Source: an uncultured Candidatus Saccharibacteria bacterium (GTDB lineage Bacteria > Patescibacteriota > Saccharimonadia > Saccharimonadales > JAGQNK01). From it: a DNA stretch of 64,000 nucleotides. The notes under the pieces are model-generated. The model was not told the origin of the DNA and made no database searches. It saw only the letters and a program-made list of their open reading frames with translations. The position numbers were made by a program, and so were the translations under genes. The stretch's first letter is position 1. Every line of letters starts with the position of its first letter. Below, piece by piece: positions 10,590-18,867 of this stretch. The DNA lies in assembly GCA_964636435.1 (NCBI GenBank), contig CAZWRS010000002.1:296-64295 (forward strand), written 5' to 3'.

Positions 10590-10669
10590 AATTTGCTACA
10601 ATTGAGCCTGTTTAATGCTATGCATGACTTCGGTGGAGAAGGGGCGAGACAGCCATCTCCAAACTACTT

Positions 10670-11890
10670 ATGAGCAAGAAATATAGTACAGGTACGCAGT
10701 ACAGGCCCTATTTGGACAGGTTTCACAACCATCCCTACGTTTTGCCGGTGACGACATTTCTGGTTCTTTTCTTCTTATCGATTGCAAGCTTTATTGGCTT
10801 TAACGCTCAGGGCAACCCACCCAGCGATTCACATATCGTGGAGTTTTCTATTGAGCGAGAGCGCCGCTCAGTCCCGACGCGGGCCAAGACCGTCGGTGAG
10901 TTTTTGAGTAAAATCGATGTCACCCTGGGAGAGAATGACATCGTTGAGCCGAGTGTCGATACCCGTATTGATGACGAAAAGTTTCATATTAATGTGTACC
11001 GGGCGCGGCCTATCACTATTGTCGAGTCTGGCCAAGAGCGTAAGTTTGCCTACAGTGCAGCCACGACGCCCCGCAGTGTGGTGCGGCAGGCCGGCGTCGA
11101 AGTTCATCCGGAAGATAAGGTGGAGTCAAAGCTGCCAGACAATTTCCTCAAAGAAGGGGTGCTGGGTGAAAAAGTGATTATTGAGCGGTCAACGCCGGCT
11201 GACATTAACCTCTACGGCTCGCATGTGCCGGTGCGAACGCATGCGCGGACGGTCGGTGAATTACTGGAGGAGAAGAATATTAAGGTTGCAGACAATGATG
11301 AGGTGCGGCCGTCACCAGATACGCCGATCAAGCAGGGTATTCAGATATTCGTGGTGCGGCCTGGCACCAAGCTGGTCACTGCCGAGGAAGAGATTCCAAT
11401 GCCGGAAGAAGTTGTCGAGGATCCGCGCCTGTCGTTTGGTGTCCAGGTCGTGCGCCAGGAAGGCTCCCCAGGAAAGCGAGTGGTGACCTACCAGGTGGAA
11501 ATGGAGAACGGCAAAGAAATCGGCCGCAAGCGGATTCAGGAAGTCGTTGCCGTCAAGCCCGTCAAGCAGGTCATCGCCAAGGGTAAGGCGGTATACATTC
11601 CGTCTGATAAGTCATCGCTACTTAGCGCGGCAGGCATTCAGCCGTCCGATCACCAGTACGTGGACTACATTATCCAAAAGGAATCAGGCTGGAATCCGAA
11701 CGCCCGCAATGCTAGCTCTGGTGCCTACGGGCTATGCCAGGCATTGCCGGGCAGCAAGATGACCTCAGCGGGCGCCGACTGGGAAGTCAACCCCATCACG
11801 CAGCTTAAGTGGTGCGACGGGTACGCGCAGTCAAGATATGGCGGCTGGGCGAACGCCTATGCGGCCTGGCAGCGACAACATTGGTGGTAA
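10670..11890 (+). CDS. RpfB/YabE-like protein: TM, DUF348 repeats, G5 domain, lytic transglycosylase-like domain
   Basis: TRAKTVGEFL / THARTVGELL repeats, G5-like VRQEGSPGKRVVTY, ESGWNPNARNASSGAYGLCQALP; directly upstream of rsmA. Confidence 0.88.
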   Translation: MSKKYSTGTQYRPYLDRFHNHPYVLPVTTFLVLFFLSIASFIGFNAQGNPPSDSHIVEFSIERERRSVPTRAKTVGEFLSKIDVTLGENDIVEPSVDTRIDDEKFHINVYRARPITIVESGQERKFAYSAATTPRSVVRQAGVEVHPEDKVESKLPDNFLKEGVLGEKVIIERSTPADINLYGSHVPVRTHARTVGELLEEKNIKVADNDEVRPSPDTPIKQGIQIFVVRPGTKLVTAEEEIPMPEEVVEDPRLSFGVQVVRQEGSPGKRVVTYQVEMENGKEIGRKRIQEVVAVKPVKQVIAKGKAVYIPSDKSSLLSAAGIQPSDHQYVDYIIQKESGWNPNARNASSGAYGLCQALPGSKMTSAGADWEVNPITQLKWCDGYAQSRYGGWANAYAAWQRQHWW

Positions 11891-11928
11891 GCGGCTTTGG
11901 CTGTGCTGTTGAGGTACACTAGTAGGGT

Positions 11929-12729
11929 ATGAGCAGTAGCAGCCCCCTCCCGAAAAAATCGCTTGGCCAACACTGGCTGCATGATAGGCACGCATTGGCG
12001 GCCATGTGCGAAGCTGCCGAGGTGGGTAAACAGGATACCGTTTTAGAGATTGGTCCTGGGCTCGGCACCTTGACCGAGGTGCTCACCAAGCAGGCAAAGA
12101 CCGTCGTTGCCGTCGAGTTTGACCAGGCCCTGGCTGATGCGCTGCCGGGTCGGGTAGGCGCCGGCAATCTGGTGACGCACCAACAGGATATCTTGACATT
12201 TGATCTGACGATGCTGCCAAAGGACTACAAAGTCGTCGCCAATATCCCGTATTATTTGACGAGCAATCTTATCCGAGTGATCAGTGAGTCAATAAACCCA
12301 CCATCCATTGCTGCGCTGCTGGTGCAAAAGGAAGTCGCTGAGCGGGTCGCGGCGGCGCCAGGGGATATGTCGTTGCTGAGCGTGAGCGCACAGTTCTACT
12401 GGGAGGTGAGTACTGGTCAGGTAGTACCAGCTGAGCTGTTCACGCCGCCACCTAAGGTTGATTCGCAGATCCTGGTGTTGAAAAAACGTCGTGAGCCGCT
12501 CTTTCCGGGCGCTGATATTCAAACATTTTTCCAGGTAGTAAAGGCTGGCTTCGCATCGCGCCGTAAGACCTTGCTCAACTCACTCAGTGCCGGCTTGCGC
12601 ATTAATAAGCAGCAGGCTCATCGGTTACTAGCCGAGGCAGGCATTGAGCCCGGGTTGCGCCCACAGGCCCTGTCGCTCGCGGAGTGGCACAGTTTGTACG
12701 TAGCAGCGCGCCGTCTCGGAGTCATATAG
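11929..12729 (+). CDS. rsmA: 16S rRNA dimethyladenosine transferase
   Basis: KKSLGQHWL, EIGPGLGTLT, ANIPYYLT, FTPPPKVDS. Confidence 0.96.
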   Translation: MSSSSPLPKKSLGQHWLHDRHALAAMCEAAEVGKQDTVLEIGPGLGTLTEVLTKQAKTVVAVEFDQALADALPGRVGAGNLVTHQQDILTFDLTMLPKDYKVVANIPYYLTSNLIRVISESINPPSIAALLVQKEVAERVAAAPGDMSLLSVSAQFYWEVSTGQVVPAELFTPPPKVDSQILVLKKRREPLFPGADIQTFFQVVKAGFASRRKTLLNSLSAGLRINKQQAHRLLAEAGIEPGLRPQALSLAEWHSLYVAARRLGVI

Positions 12730-12804
12730 CCCCCTCGTGCCTGTGGTAGAAAAAATGCTTATGGCTTTTACATTTTCTCTCTGTTTCGGTACTCTATTCT
12801 ATAT

Positions 12805-14400
12805 ATGAACCCCGAAAACCAAAACCCCGGCGGCCATCCCGGCCCCGTGCCGGGACAGCAGCCTCCATATCAGGGCCAGCCGTACAATCAACAGGCACCC
12901 GGGCCGCACGTCTATGGTCCGCAGCAGTTTAGCCCGTTCCCGCAAGGCGGCGGTGTGCCGCAGCAGGCACCACCTAAAAATAATCGGAAGCTCATCTGGG
13001 CGGTGATCGCCATGGCCGTTCTGCTGCTCATAACGATCGGTGTCGCGGTATTTTTGAACCTGCCAAAAGACGGTTCATCCGCTGGTGATGATTTCATCCG
13101 CAGCTACGATTCTCCGGTCGGCCTGCTGCCGGGTATGCAGTCGGCTGATATTAAGTCCGGCAAATTTAAGCTTCAGGCCAGTTATGTCGGTGATGGTAAT
13201 TTCCGGCGTGAGGGTGTGTTTGCGGTCAAGGATGGCAAGCTGCACTTCGCCATGGTCGCCGACGAAAAGCGGGTTAACGAGCTGGTCAAGCAGCTGTATG
13301 ACCGTCGTCAGGGCAATAAGGCCACCTTTGACGCAGCTAAGCACGGCGTGACGAGCAATTTTTCGTACGACTTTGCTTCGATGGCGGGGTATCACTATCT
13401 CTATGATCAGAATGGCGGTGCCATGAGCGGCTTTATCCCTGAAGTGGACGCTGCCAAAGCGGCGAGCAGCACTGATAAGCGATTCACACTCACAACTGCC
13501 TGTGACAGTGCACTGGCTGACGTTAAGCAAAAGCTAAACATGCATACCACTAGCCTGATGTTTGATATCCGTGACATGGGTGTTAACAAGCGGCAGGCCG
13601 AGATCAGCTTTGCCACCAGACAGAGCATCGACAAGGCGGTCCGGACATTCTTCGATAGCTGCTATGACCTTAACTATAAGCCTTCGGCTGCGCTCAAAAA
13701 GTTTGTTGATGGCCTAAAGCAAAATATTACTACAAGCCCAAAGTTTACCTACTGGCAAGAAGAGGGGGTGAGCTACCTGGAGGTCGCTCCGCCCGATGAG
13801 AACACGCCGTTTGGCGGCAAGCTGCACTTTGAGTTGACAGCCTTGAGTACCGCTCCCGCTGAACTGACCGGCGCCAACGCATCGTATATCGAGCGGCGCA
13901 ATCAGTTCGGGTTGGCCTACAGCCTGTGCCGCACCGACCCGATAATTACCCGTACCGTCCAGGACGGGTACCGCTTCCTGCGCGAAGACCCAGCCTATGA
14001 ATACCCCAGTGCCCGAGATTCGGGCTACTTCTGTACGACACTATCGACACCGCGTCAGTATACGCCGGCAAAGACTGTTTCGCTGCGTTCAACGACCGGC
14101 GCCATGGTACCGGTTACCGGTGCCGCTATTGACGGCCTGCGGGGCCTGCACGACCTGACCTATGAGATAGAGAAGTACAATCTGCAGAACAAGCGGTACC
14201 CCGGGCCCAATGAATTTCGTGACATGGCGAGCAGCAACATGGGAGATTTGACCCTGACGACCCAGACGGCTTTCGCTAGCCGCTCCCTGGTCTACACGGC
14301 ACTGCCTACGGAGTGTGAAGGTACCTGCAACGACTTTGTGCTGAGTTACGTGGCAGCACCGAACGTGCAAATCCAGCGCAGTACGTACCGGCCGCATTAA
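12805..14400 (+). CDS. Hypothetical membrane-anchored protein (Pro/Gln-rich N-terminus, TM, large extracellular part, pilin-like C-terminus)
   Basis: 531 aa ORF with one TM; C-terminal LHDLTYEIEKYNLQNKRYP and Cys pair. Confidence 0.7.
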   Translation: MNPENQNPGGHPGPVPGQQPPYQGQPYNQQAPGPHVYGPQQFSPFPQGGGVPQQAPPKNNRKLIWAVIAMAVLLLITIGVAVFLNLPKDGSSAGDDFIRSYDSPVGLLPGMQSADIKSGKFKLQASYVGDGNFRREGVFAVKDGKLHFAMVADEKRVNELVKQLYDRRQGNKATFDAAKHGVTSNFSYDFASMAGYHYLYDQNGGAMSGFIPEVDAAKAASSTDKRFTLTTACDSALADVKQKLNMHTTSLMFDIRDMGVNKRQAEISFATRQSIDKAVRTFFDSCYDLNYKPSAALKKFVDGLKQNITTSPKFTYWQEEGVSYLEVAPPDENTPFGGKLHFELTALSTAPAELTGANASYIERRNQFGLAYSLCRTDPIITRTVQDGYRFLREDPAYEYPSARDSGYFCTTLSTPRQYTPAKTVSLRSTTGAMVPVTGAAIDGLRGLHDLTYEIEKYNLQNKRYPGPNEFRDMASSNMGDLTLTTQTAFASRSLVYTALPTECEGTCNDFVLSYVAAPNVQIQRSTYRPH

Positions 14401-14403
14401 TAC

Positions 14404-14432
14404 TAGACATAAGCGCTTTTATACGGTATAAT
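14404..14432 (+). promoter_or_regulatory. Sigma70-type promoter for tmRNA
   Basis: TAGACA-N17-TATAAT upstream of ssrA. Confidence 0.7.
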
Positions 14433-14467
14433 ACTAGTGTCCTCTGCATAAGGGGAGTAGTAATTAT

Positions 14468-14851
14468 GGGGCTGAATTTAAGCTCGACGTTGGACTTTAA
14501 CAGTTAGATCAGCAGGCCGCTTGTCAGCGTTATAGACACCATTTAGTAGATGCAGAAAAAGTATCTCTTAGCGACATGGTTGACCGTGTTCTCGGTCGCC
14601 GTGAAGCACTCGCTTTCGCCTAAGAACGGAAGCTATCTTTGGTCCGACGCCAGATAGGATCATTAGATATCATATTTTCTGGATGCCCATACGCAAGTGT
14701 TCCATAGCGTATGGAAAGACTTTTGGAACAGTCTCTTCAGCCTTTTGTTCGTTTTTATGCTGAAGAGGTGAACGTAAACGGACTATGCCTGTAGGATAGA
14801 CTAACTTAGTTAAACTAGCGGACGCGGGGGCAGTACCCGCCAGCTCCACCA
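14468..14851 (+). ncRNA. ssrA: tmRNA (one-piece)
   Basis: 5' GGGGCTG pairs with 3' CAGCTCC-A-CCA (G3:U wobble); T-arm GCGGG/CCCGC; tag ORF 14552-14623 AEKVSLSDMVDRVLGRREALAFA*. Confidence 0.96.
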
Positions 14852-14852
14852 C

Positions 14853-14882
14853 AAGAGCATCAGAGAAATCTGGTGCTTTTTT
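14853..14882 (+). terminator. Intrinsic terminator of tmRNA
   Basis: AAGAGCATCAGA-GAAA-TCTGGTGCTTTT plus T-run. Confidence 0.85.
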
Positions 14883-14926
14883 GTTTGCCTTCTGACACCT
14901 CGTTTGGTCTATGGTAACCTACTTCT

Positions 14927-15684
14927 ATGCTCAATAATGCTCGAAACATTTACGTTGGGTTGAAATTGGGGGAAAATGCTAGCCCCAATATGTCGAAGAG
15001 GTTGTGGACTACGTTGATTTCTTTGAATTGTACGCAAGCCCCCAAGTCGACTATGCGTTTCTCGCAGGTATCAATAAACCCATCACTATCCATATCGCAC
15101 ATTTCGCCAGTGAGGTAAATTTTGCTAACCCAAGGCGAAGAGAGATCAATGAAGCGGCCTTTCGGCATGCCCTTGTCTTAGCTGATAAATTCAGTGCGAA
15201 AAAAATCATCTTTCATCCCGAGCTCAAAGAAGATGACGACTGCTCCGTAGACGTATTGGCGAACTTTATTACGAATCATTATGATGAAAGGCTGCATCTA
15301 GAAAATATGCCATTTTCGTCAGAGGGATTTGAGCATTTCGCTGCGAGCCCACCCGAAATCGAAGCTTTGCTAGATTTGCTTGGTGTAAAATTCTGTTTCG
15401 ATTTCGCGCACGCCTTCGAATTCCTAGAGTTTAGCGGCAAGGGTCCATCGGAAGTCGAGGAATTTTTAAAATTAAACCCGAGCCATTTTCATATTACCGA
15501 CACAGACCTCTCGGCAGTAGTGTTGCCGGGCTACAATGAGCAGCATATAAATTTTGGAGAAGGAACTATGGATCCGGTGCTTTGTCGGAACATGGTACCG
15601 CAAGGCGCTTGGGTTACTATTGAAACACCGATGAGCAGCACCAAGCAGCTGAAGGAAGTTCAATTTTATATGGTCACGAGTTAG
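14927..15684 (+). CDS. AP endonuclease 2/xylose isomerase-like TIM barrel; frameshift near 14985 (pseudogene or assembly error)
   Basis: HLENMP, FCFDFAH, HFHITD, HINFGEG, TIETP metal motifs; N-terminus MLNNARNIYVGLKL is in a different frame from the 15004-15684 body. Confidence 0.75.
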
Positions 15685-15923
15685 CAGCAGTTGCCTAGTT
15701 GCTAGTGCGGATACTTTTACATGTAAGCTATCGTTTCCTATCTAGGGAGCCTGGTTGACAACCCGATTCTAACCAGTACTGCTTATTAAGTTGTTTTACT
15801 ATATATAAATTAAGACTATTAAAGGGATAGTATGAAAAGTACTCAGGGTGGTTCCAGTGCCTTATTGTTGTGAAAAATATAAGTAGGCCGTATACTTAGT
15901 TCATCAACTAAACAGGAAACAAC

Positions 15924-16438
15924 ATGCAAGAAAAAAGCGGAAATTCCCTAAAGTGCGAGTCATTGCCCTCGTCGCCCTCTTTTTGATGATTATTGGCATC
16001 GCAGCTTACGGCTTTATGCAAATAAAGGGGCTGAAATCACGAGTCACAACTGTAGAGAACAGAGTAAACGAAACGTATGCATATAACGAAGAGGGTGCGG
16101 ATGAGGTTGTTGATATCAAGGTAGCTTCCCGCAGTACGAAGCAGCTACGTGTAGAGACCATTTATAGCATGGAAGGCACCCCGCAGTATGAGACAAAAAG
16201 CGTCGAGGAGTTCATCGTACGAATCAAAAACAATACCTCATGGCAGCACAATGACGGCGGGGCGATCCAGGCGAGAACCGCAAAGGGTGTTTTAATTTCC
16301 CCGGCAACCATTCATCCTGACGACTTTAAAGGTGAATCGACACTTTCTCTAGCACCAGGCGGTGAAGCCGAGATTACTCTGCATTTTGTCGCTCCGGAAG
16401 GTGAAAAAATTACAGACATCTATACTGATGGCAAATAA
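15924..16438 (+). CDS. Membrane-anchored DUF4352-like Ig-fold protein; start at 15953 (GTG) or 15924 with frameshift
   Basis: N-terminal TM, then VRIKNNT...LAPGGEAEITLHF; AGGA precedes ATG 15924. Confidence 0.55.
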
Positions 16439-16547
16439 GTTATCTAGTCTGCCGTGTAAGAAAAGCATCGACAATAGTACATAAAGATAATAATTTTACA
16501 TATAAACTATCTTTTCCCATTTAGAATTCTTTATGGAAGGAGAGGGT

Positions 16548-16637
16548 ATGGGAAAAAGTTTAGTACCGCGTTACTACATCCGCGATAGCGAAACTAATGA
16601 GCTTTGGTGCTTTGAAGCCGACGCGCTGGCTGGCTAG
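16548..16637 (+). CDS. Small ORF (29 aa) MGKSLVPRYYIRDSETNELWCFEADALAG
   Basis: AAGGAG SD upstream; not in the ORF track. Confidence 0.4.
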   Translation: MGKSLVPRYYIRDSETNELWCFEADALAG

Positions 16638-16846
16638 GGAGTTTTACGAAGCATGAGGCGTAAGTTTGACAGGTACTGCTGAGGGTCTGTCTTCGGGCGC
16701 AGCTTGAGATAACTCAGGTGATTGTCGACGAATGAAATTCTATTCTCTGGCCACTTATCGGTATTGGCTCGAAAGGCAGACTTGGTTACAAGTGCTGGAT
16801 TTCTTTCCATAGCCTCCAGAGCTGCGATAATCTCTTCTTCAGTCAT
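16634..16846 (-). CDS. Hypothetical protein (70 aa)
   Basis: AGGAG SD 10 nt before ATG; protein-like composition. Confidence 0.7.
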   Translation of the reverse strand: MTEEEIIAALEAMERNPALVTKSAFRANTDKWPENRISFVDNHLSYLKLRPKTDPQQYLSNLRLMLRKTP

Positions 16847-17042
16847 AACTTAACTACTCCTTAATTTTCTTAGGCTTCTTTTTTTCTTTCTTACCTTTGT
16901 CCTTGGGTACCGCATTCTCCTCTTCGTCTCCTACCAGTATGCGCTTGTTCGGGCTAATAAGCTACTTGTTGTATGGTGCAGTGCTGCAATGTTAGTGAGA
17001 AAACTTACAGTTTGTGAGAAGTTTCTGTCTACACTAGTTCTT

Positions 17043-17483
17043 ATGACAATTACGAGTACGGCATTTCAGGACAATGATTTTATACCGGTAGAGTATGGAT
17101 ACGACGGACGCAATATTAATCCACCGCTAACCTTTTCTGAGGTGCCGACCGAGGCTAAAAGCTTGGTGCTGATAGTCGAGGATCCGGATGCGCCGAGCGG
17201 TACGTTTACGCACTGGATTCTTTATAATATTTCGCCAGCTACACTGCAAATTATGGAGGGCGAGCTGCCTATCGGTGCCGAGCAGGCGACGAATGACTAT
17301 GAGACCAGAGCGTATGGTGGACCGCGACCTCCGGACGGCACCCATCGCTACTTCTTCAAGCTCTTCGCGCTTGATACGAAACTGGATGAGGTGCAGCCGG
17401 AAGATAGACGTGAAGATGTCTACGAAGCCATGGACGGTCACATCATTGAGCAGGCTGAGCTCATCGGGCTGTACGCCGCGTAA
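17043..17483 (+). CDS. YbhB/YbcL family (PEBP, Raf kinase inhibitor-like) protein
   Basis: DPDAPSGTFTHW, YGGPRPPDGTHRYFFKLFALD. Confidence 0.93.
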   Translation: MTITSTAFQDNDFIPVEYGYDGRNINPPLTFSEVPTEAKSLVLIVEDPDAPSGTFTHWILYNISPATLQIMEGELPIGAEQATNDYETRAYGGPRPPDGTHRYFFKLFALDTKLDEVQPEDRREDVYEAMDGHIIEQAELIGLYAA

Positions 17484-17486
17484 AGA

Positions 17487-17515
17487 TTGACGCTTACGCT
17501 CAGACGTGCTACAAT
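17487..17515 (+). promoter_or_regulatory. Sigma70-type promoter for DEAD-box helicase
   Basis: TTGACG-N17-TACAAT with extended TG. Confidence 0.75.
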
Positions 17516-17647
17516 TAATTCTCATTGTTCTAAAAAGTGAATCCAGAGTTTGGGAATAGTTTTACTTCTAGGTTTCATTTAGTGACAATCGAAGTAATAA
17601 CTAAGGGCCGTTAATGCGGGCTCAGCAAACAAAAGGATTCTATTTTT

Positions 17648-18853
17648 ATGCCTTCATCATATAAAAAAACCACCAACCAGCGGTCGGCCTTTGGCGGCCG
17701 TCGTCGTACCTACCGATCGGCACCGCGCCAGAATAAACGCCGCCAGGGTCAGTACATCGACCCCATTAAATTTGTTAAAGCTGCCCGTCCGGTTGCCGCC
17801 GAGCAGTATGAGGCGACGCATCAGTTTGATGATTTTGACCTGCATGATCTACTTAAATCAAACCTAGCCACTAAGGGCTACCAGACACCGTCGCCCATCC
17901 AGGACCAGACGATCCCGGTCGCTTTGTGCGGCAGTGACGTTATTGGTATTGCTAACACCGGCACTGGTAAGACGGCCGCCTTTGCCCTGCCGGTCTTGCA
18001 CCAATTGATGTGTAATCCGCATACCAAGGCGCTGATCATTGCACCCACCCGTGAGCTTGCCCAACAGATCGAAGCCGAAATGAAGTCGATCGCCAAAGGG
18101 AGCGGCCTATTTGGTGTGCTGCTGATTGGCGGCACGAACATCGGTCCGCAGCTGCGTGACCTGCGGCTCAACCCCCGGGTTGTCATCGGTACCCCTGGCC
18201 GCATCAAGGATCATCTGGAGCGCGGTACGCTCAAGCTGCATCAATTCAGCTTCGCGGTGTTGGATGAAGTCGATCGCATGCTGGATATGGGCTTTTTGCC
18301 AGATGTGACGACGATCATGCAGCAGCTCCCCACAGAGCGTCAGTCCTTGTTCTTTTCGGCGACGATGGACAGTAAGGTGCAGATGCTGATCGAGAGCTTT
18401 TCTAATGAGCCCGTCGCCATCAAGCACAAGACCAGTGATACGAGCGACAACGTACACCAGGACGTGGTGCGTGTATCGGCCGCCCATGAAAAAATCGACA
18501 AACTGCACGATATCCTCATCAGGGAAGAGGTGGAGAAAATAATTGTCTTTGATGAAACGCAGCGTAGCGTTGAGCGGCTCAGTAATGAGCTGATCGCTCG
18601 CGGTTTCAAGGCTGATGCGATTCATGGCGGCAAAAATCAGGGCCAGCGCCAACGTGCGCTTAATCGCTTCAAGAAAAATGAGGTGACGATTCTCGTGGCT
18701 ACCGATGTCGCTGCCCGCGGTATCGACGTAAAAGACATTACCCATGTCATTAACTACAGCATTCCGCAGACCTACGACGATTATACGCACCGCATCGGCC
18801 GGGCCGGCCGGGCCGGCCGCATTGGTTACGCCCTGACGTTTATAAGTCACTAG
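17648..18853 (+). CDS. DEAD-box RNA helicase
   Basis: Q-motif PSPIQ, ANTGTGKT, PTRELA, DEVD, SAT, ARGID, HRIGRAGR. Confidence 0.95.
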   Translation: MPSSYKKTTNQRSAFGGRRRTYRSAPRQNKRRQGQYIDPIKFVKAARPVAAEQYEATHQFDDFDLHDLLKSNLATKGYQTPSPIQDQTIPVALCGSDVIGIANTGTGKTAAFALPVLHQLMCNPHTKALIIAPTRELAQQIEAEMKSIAKGSGLFGVLLIGGTNIGPQLRDLRLNPRVVIGTPGRIKDHLERGTLKLHQFSFAVLDEVDRMLDMGFLPDVTTIMQQLPTERQSLFFSATMDSKVQMLIESFSNEPVAIKHKTSDTSDNVHQDVVRVSAAHEKIDKLHDILIREEVEKIIVFDETQRSVERLSNELIARGFKADAIHGGKNQGQRQRALNRFKKNEVTILVATDVAARGIDVKDITHVINYSIPQTYDDYTHRIGRAGRAGRIGYALTFISH

Positions 18854-18867
18854 CCGAGAAATACTGT

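Noticed and set aside
14670-14852. 60-aa ORF on the minus strand
   Set aside because: Antisense to tmRNA.
15832-15873. MKSTQGGSSALLL* resembling a decayed prepilin leader
   Set aside because: Only 13 codons, lacks the Phe at +1; cannot be distinguished from chance.
14851-17000. Integrated element at the tmRNA 3' end (AT-richer small genes follow)
   Set aside because: No integrase and no downstream duplicate of the tmRNA 3' end seen; the CAGCTCCAC near 2001 is too short and inside a gene.
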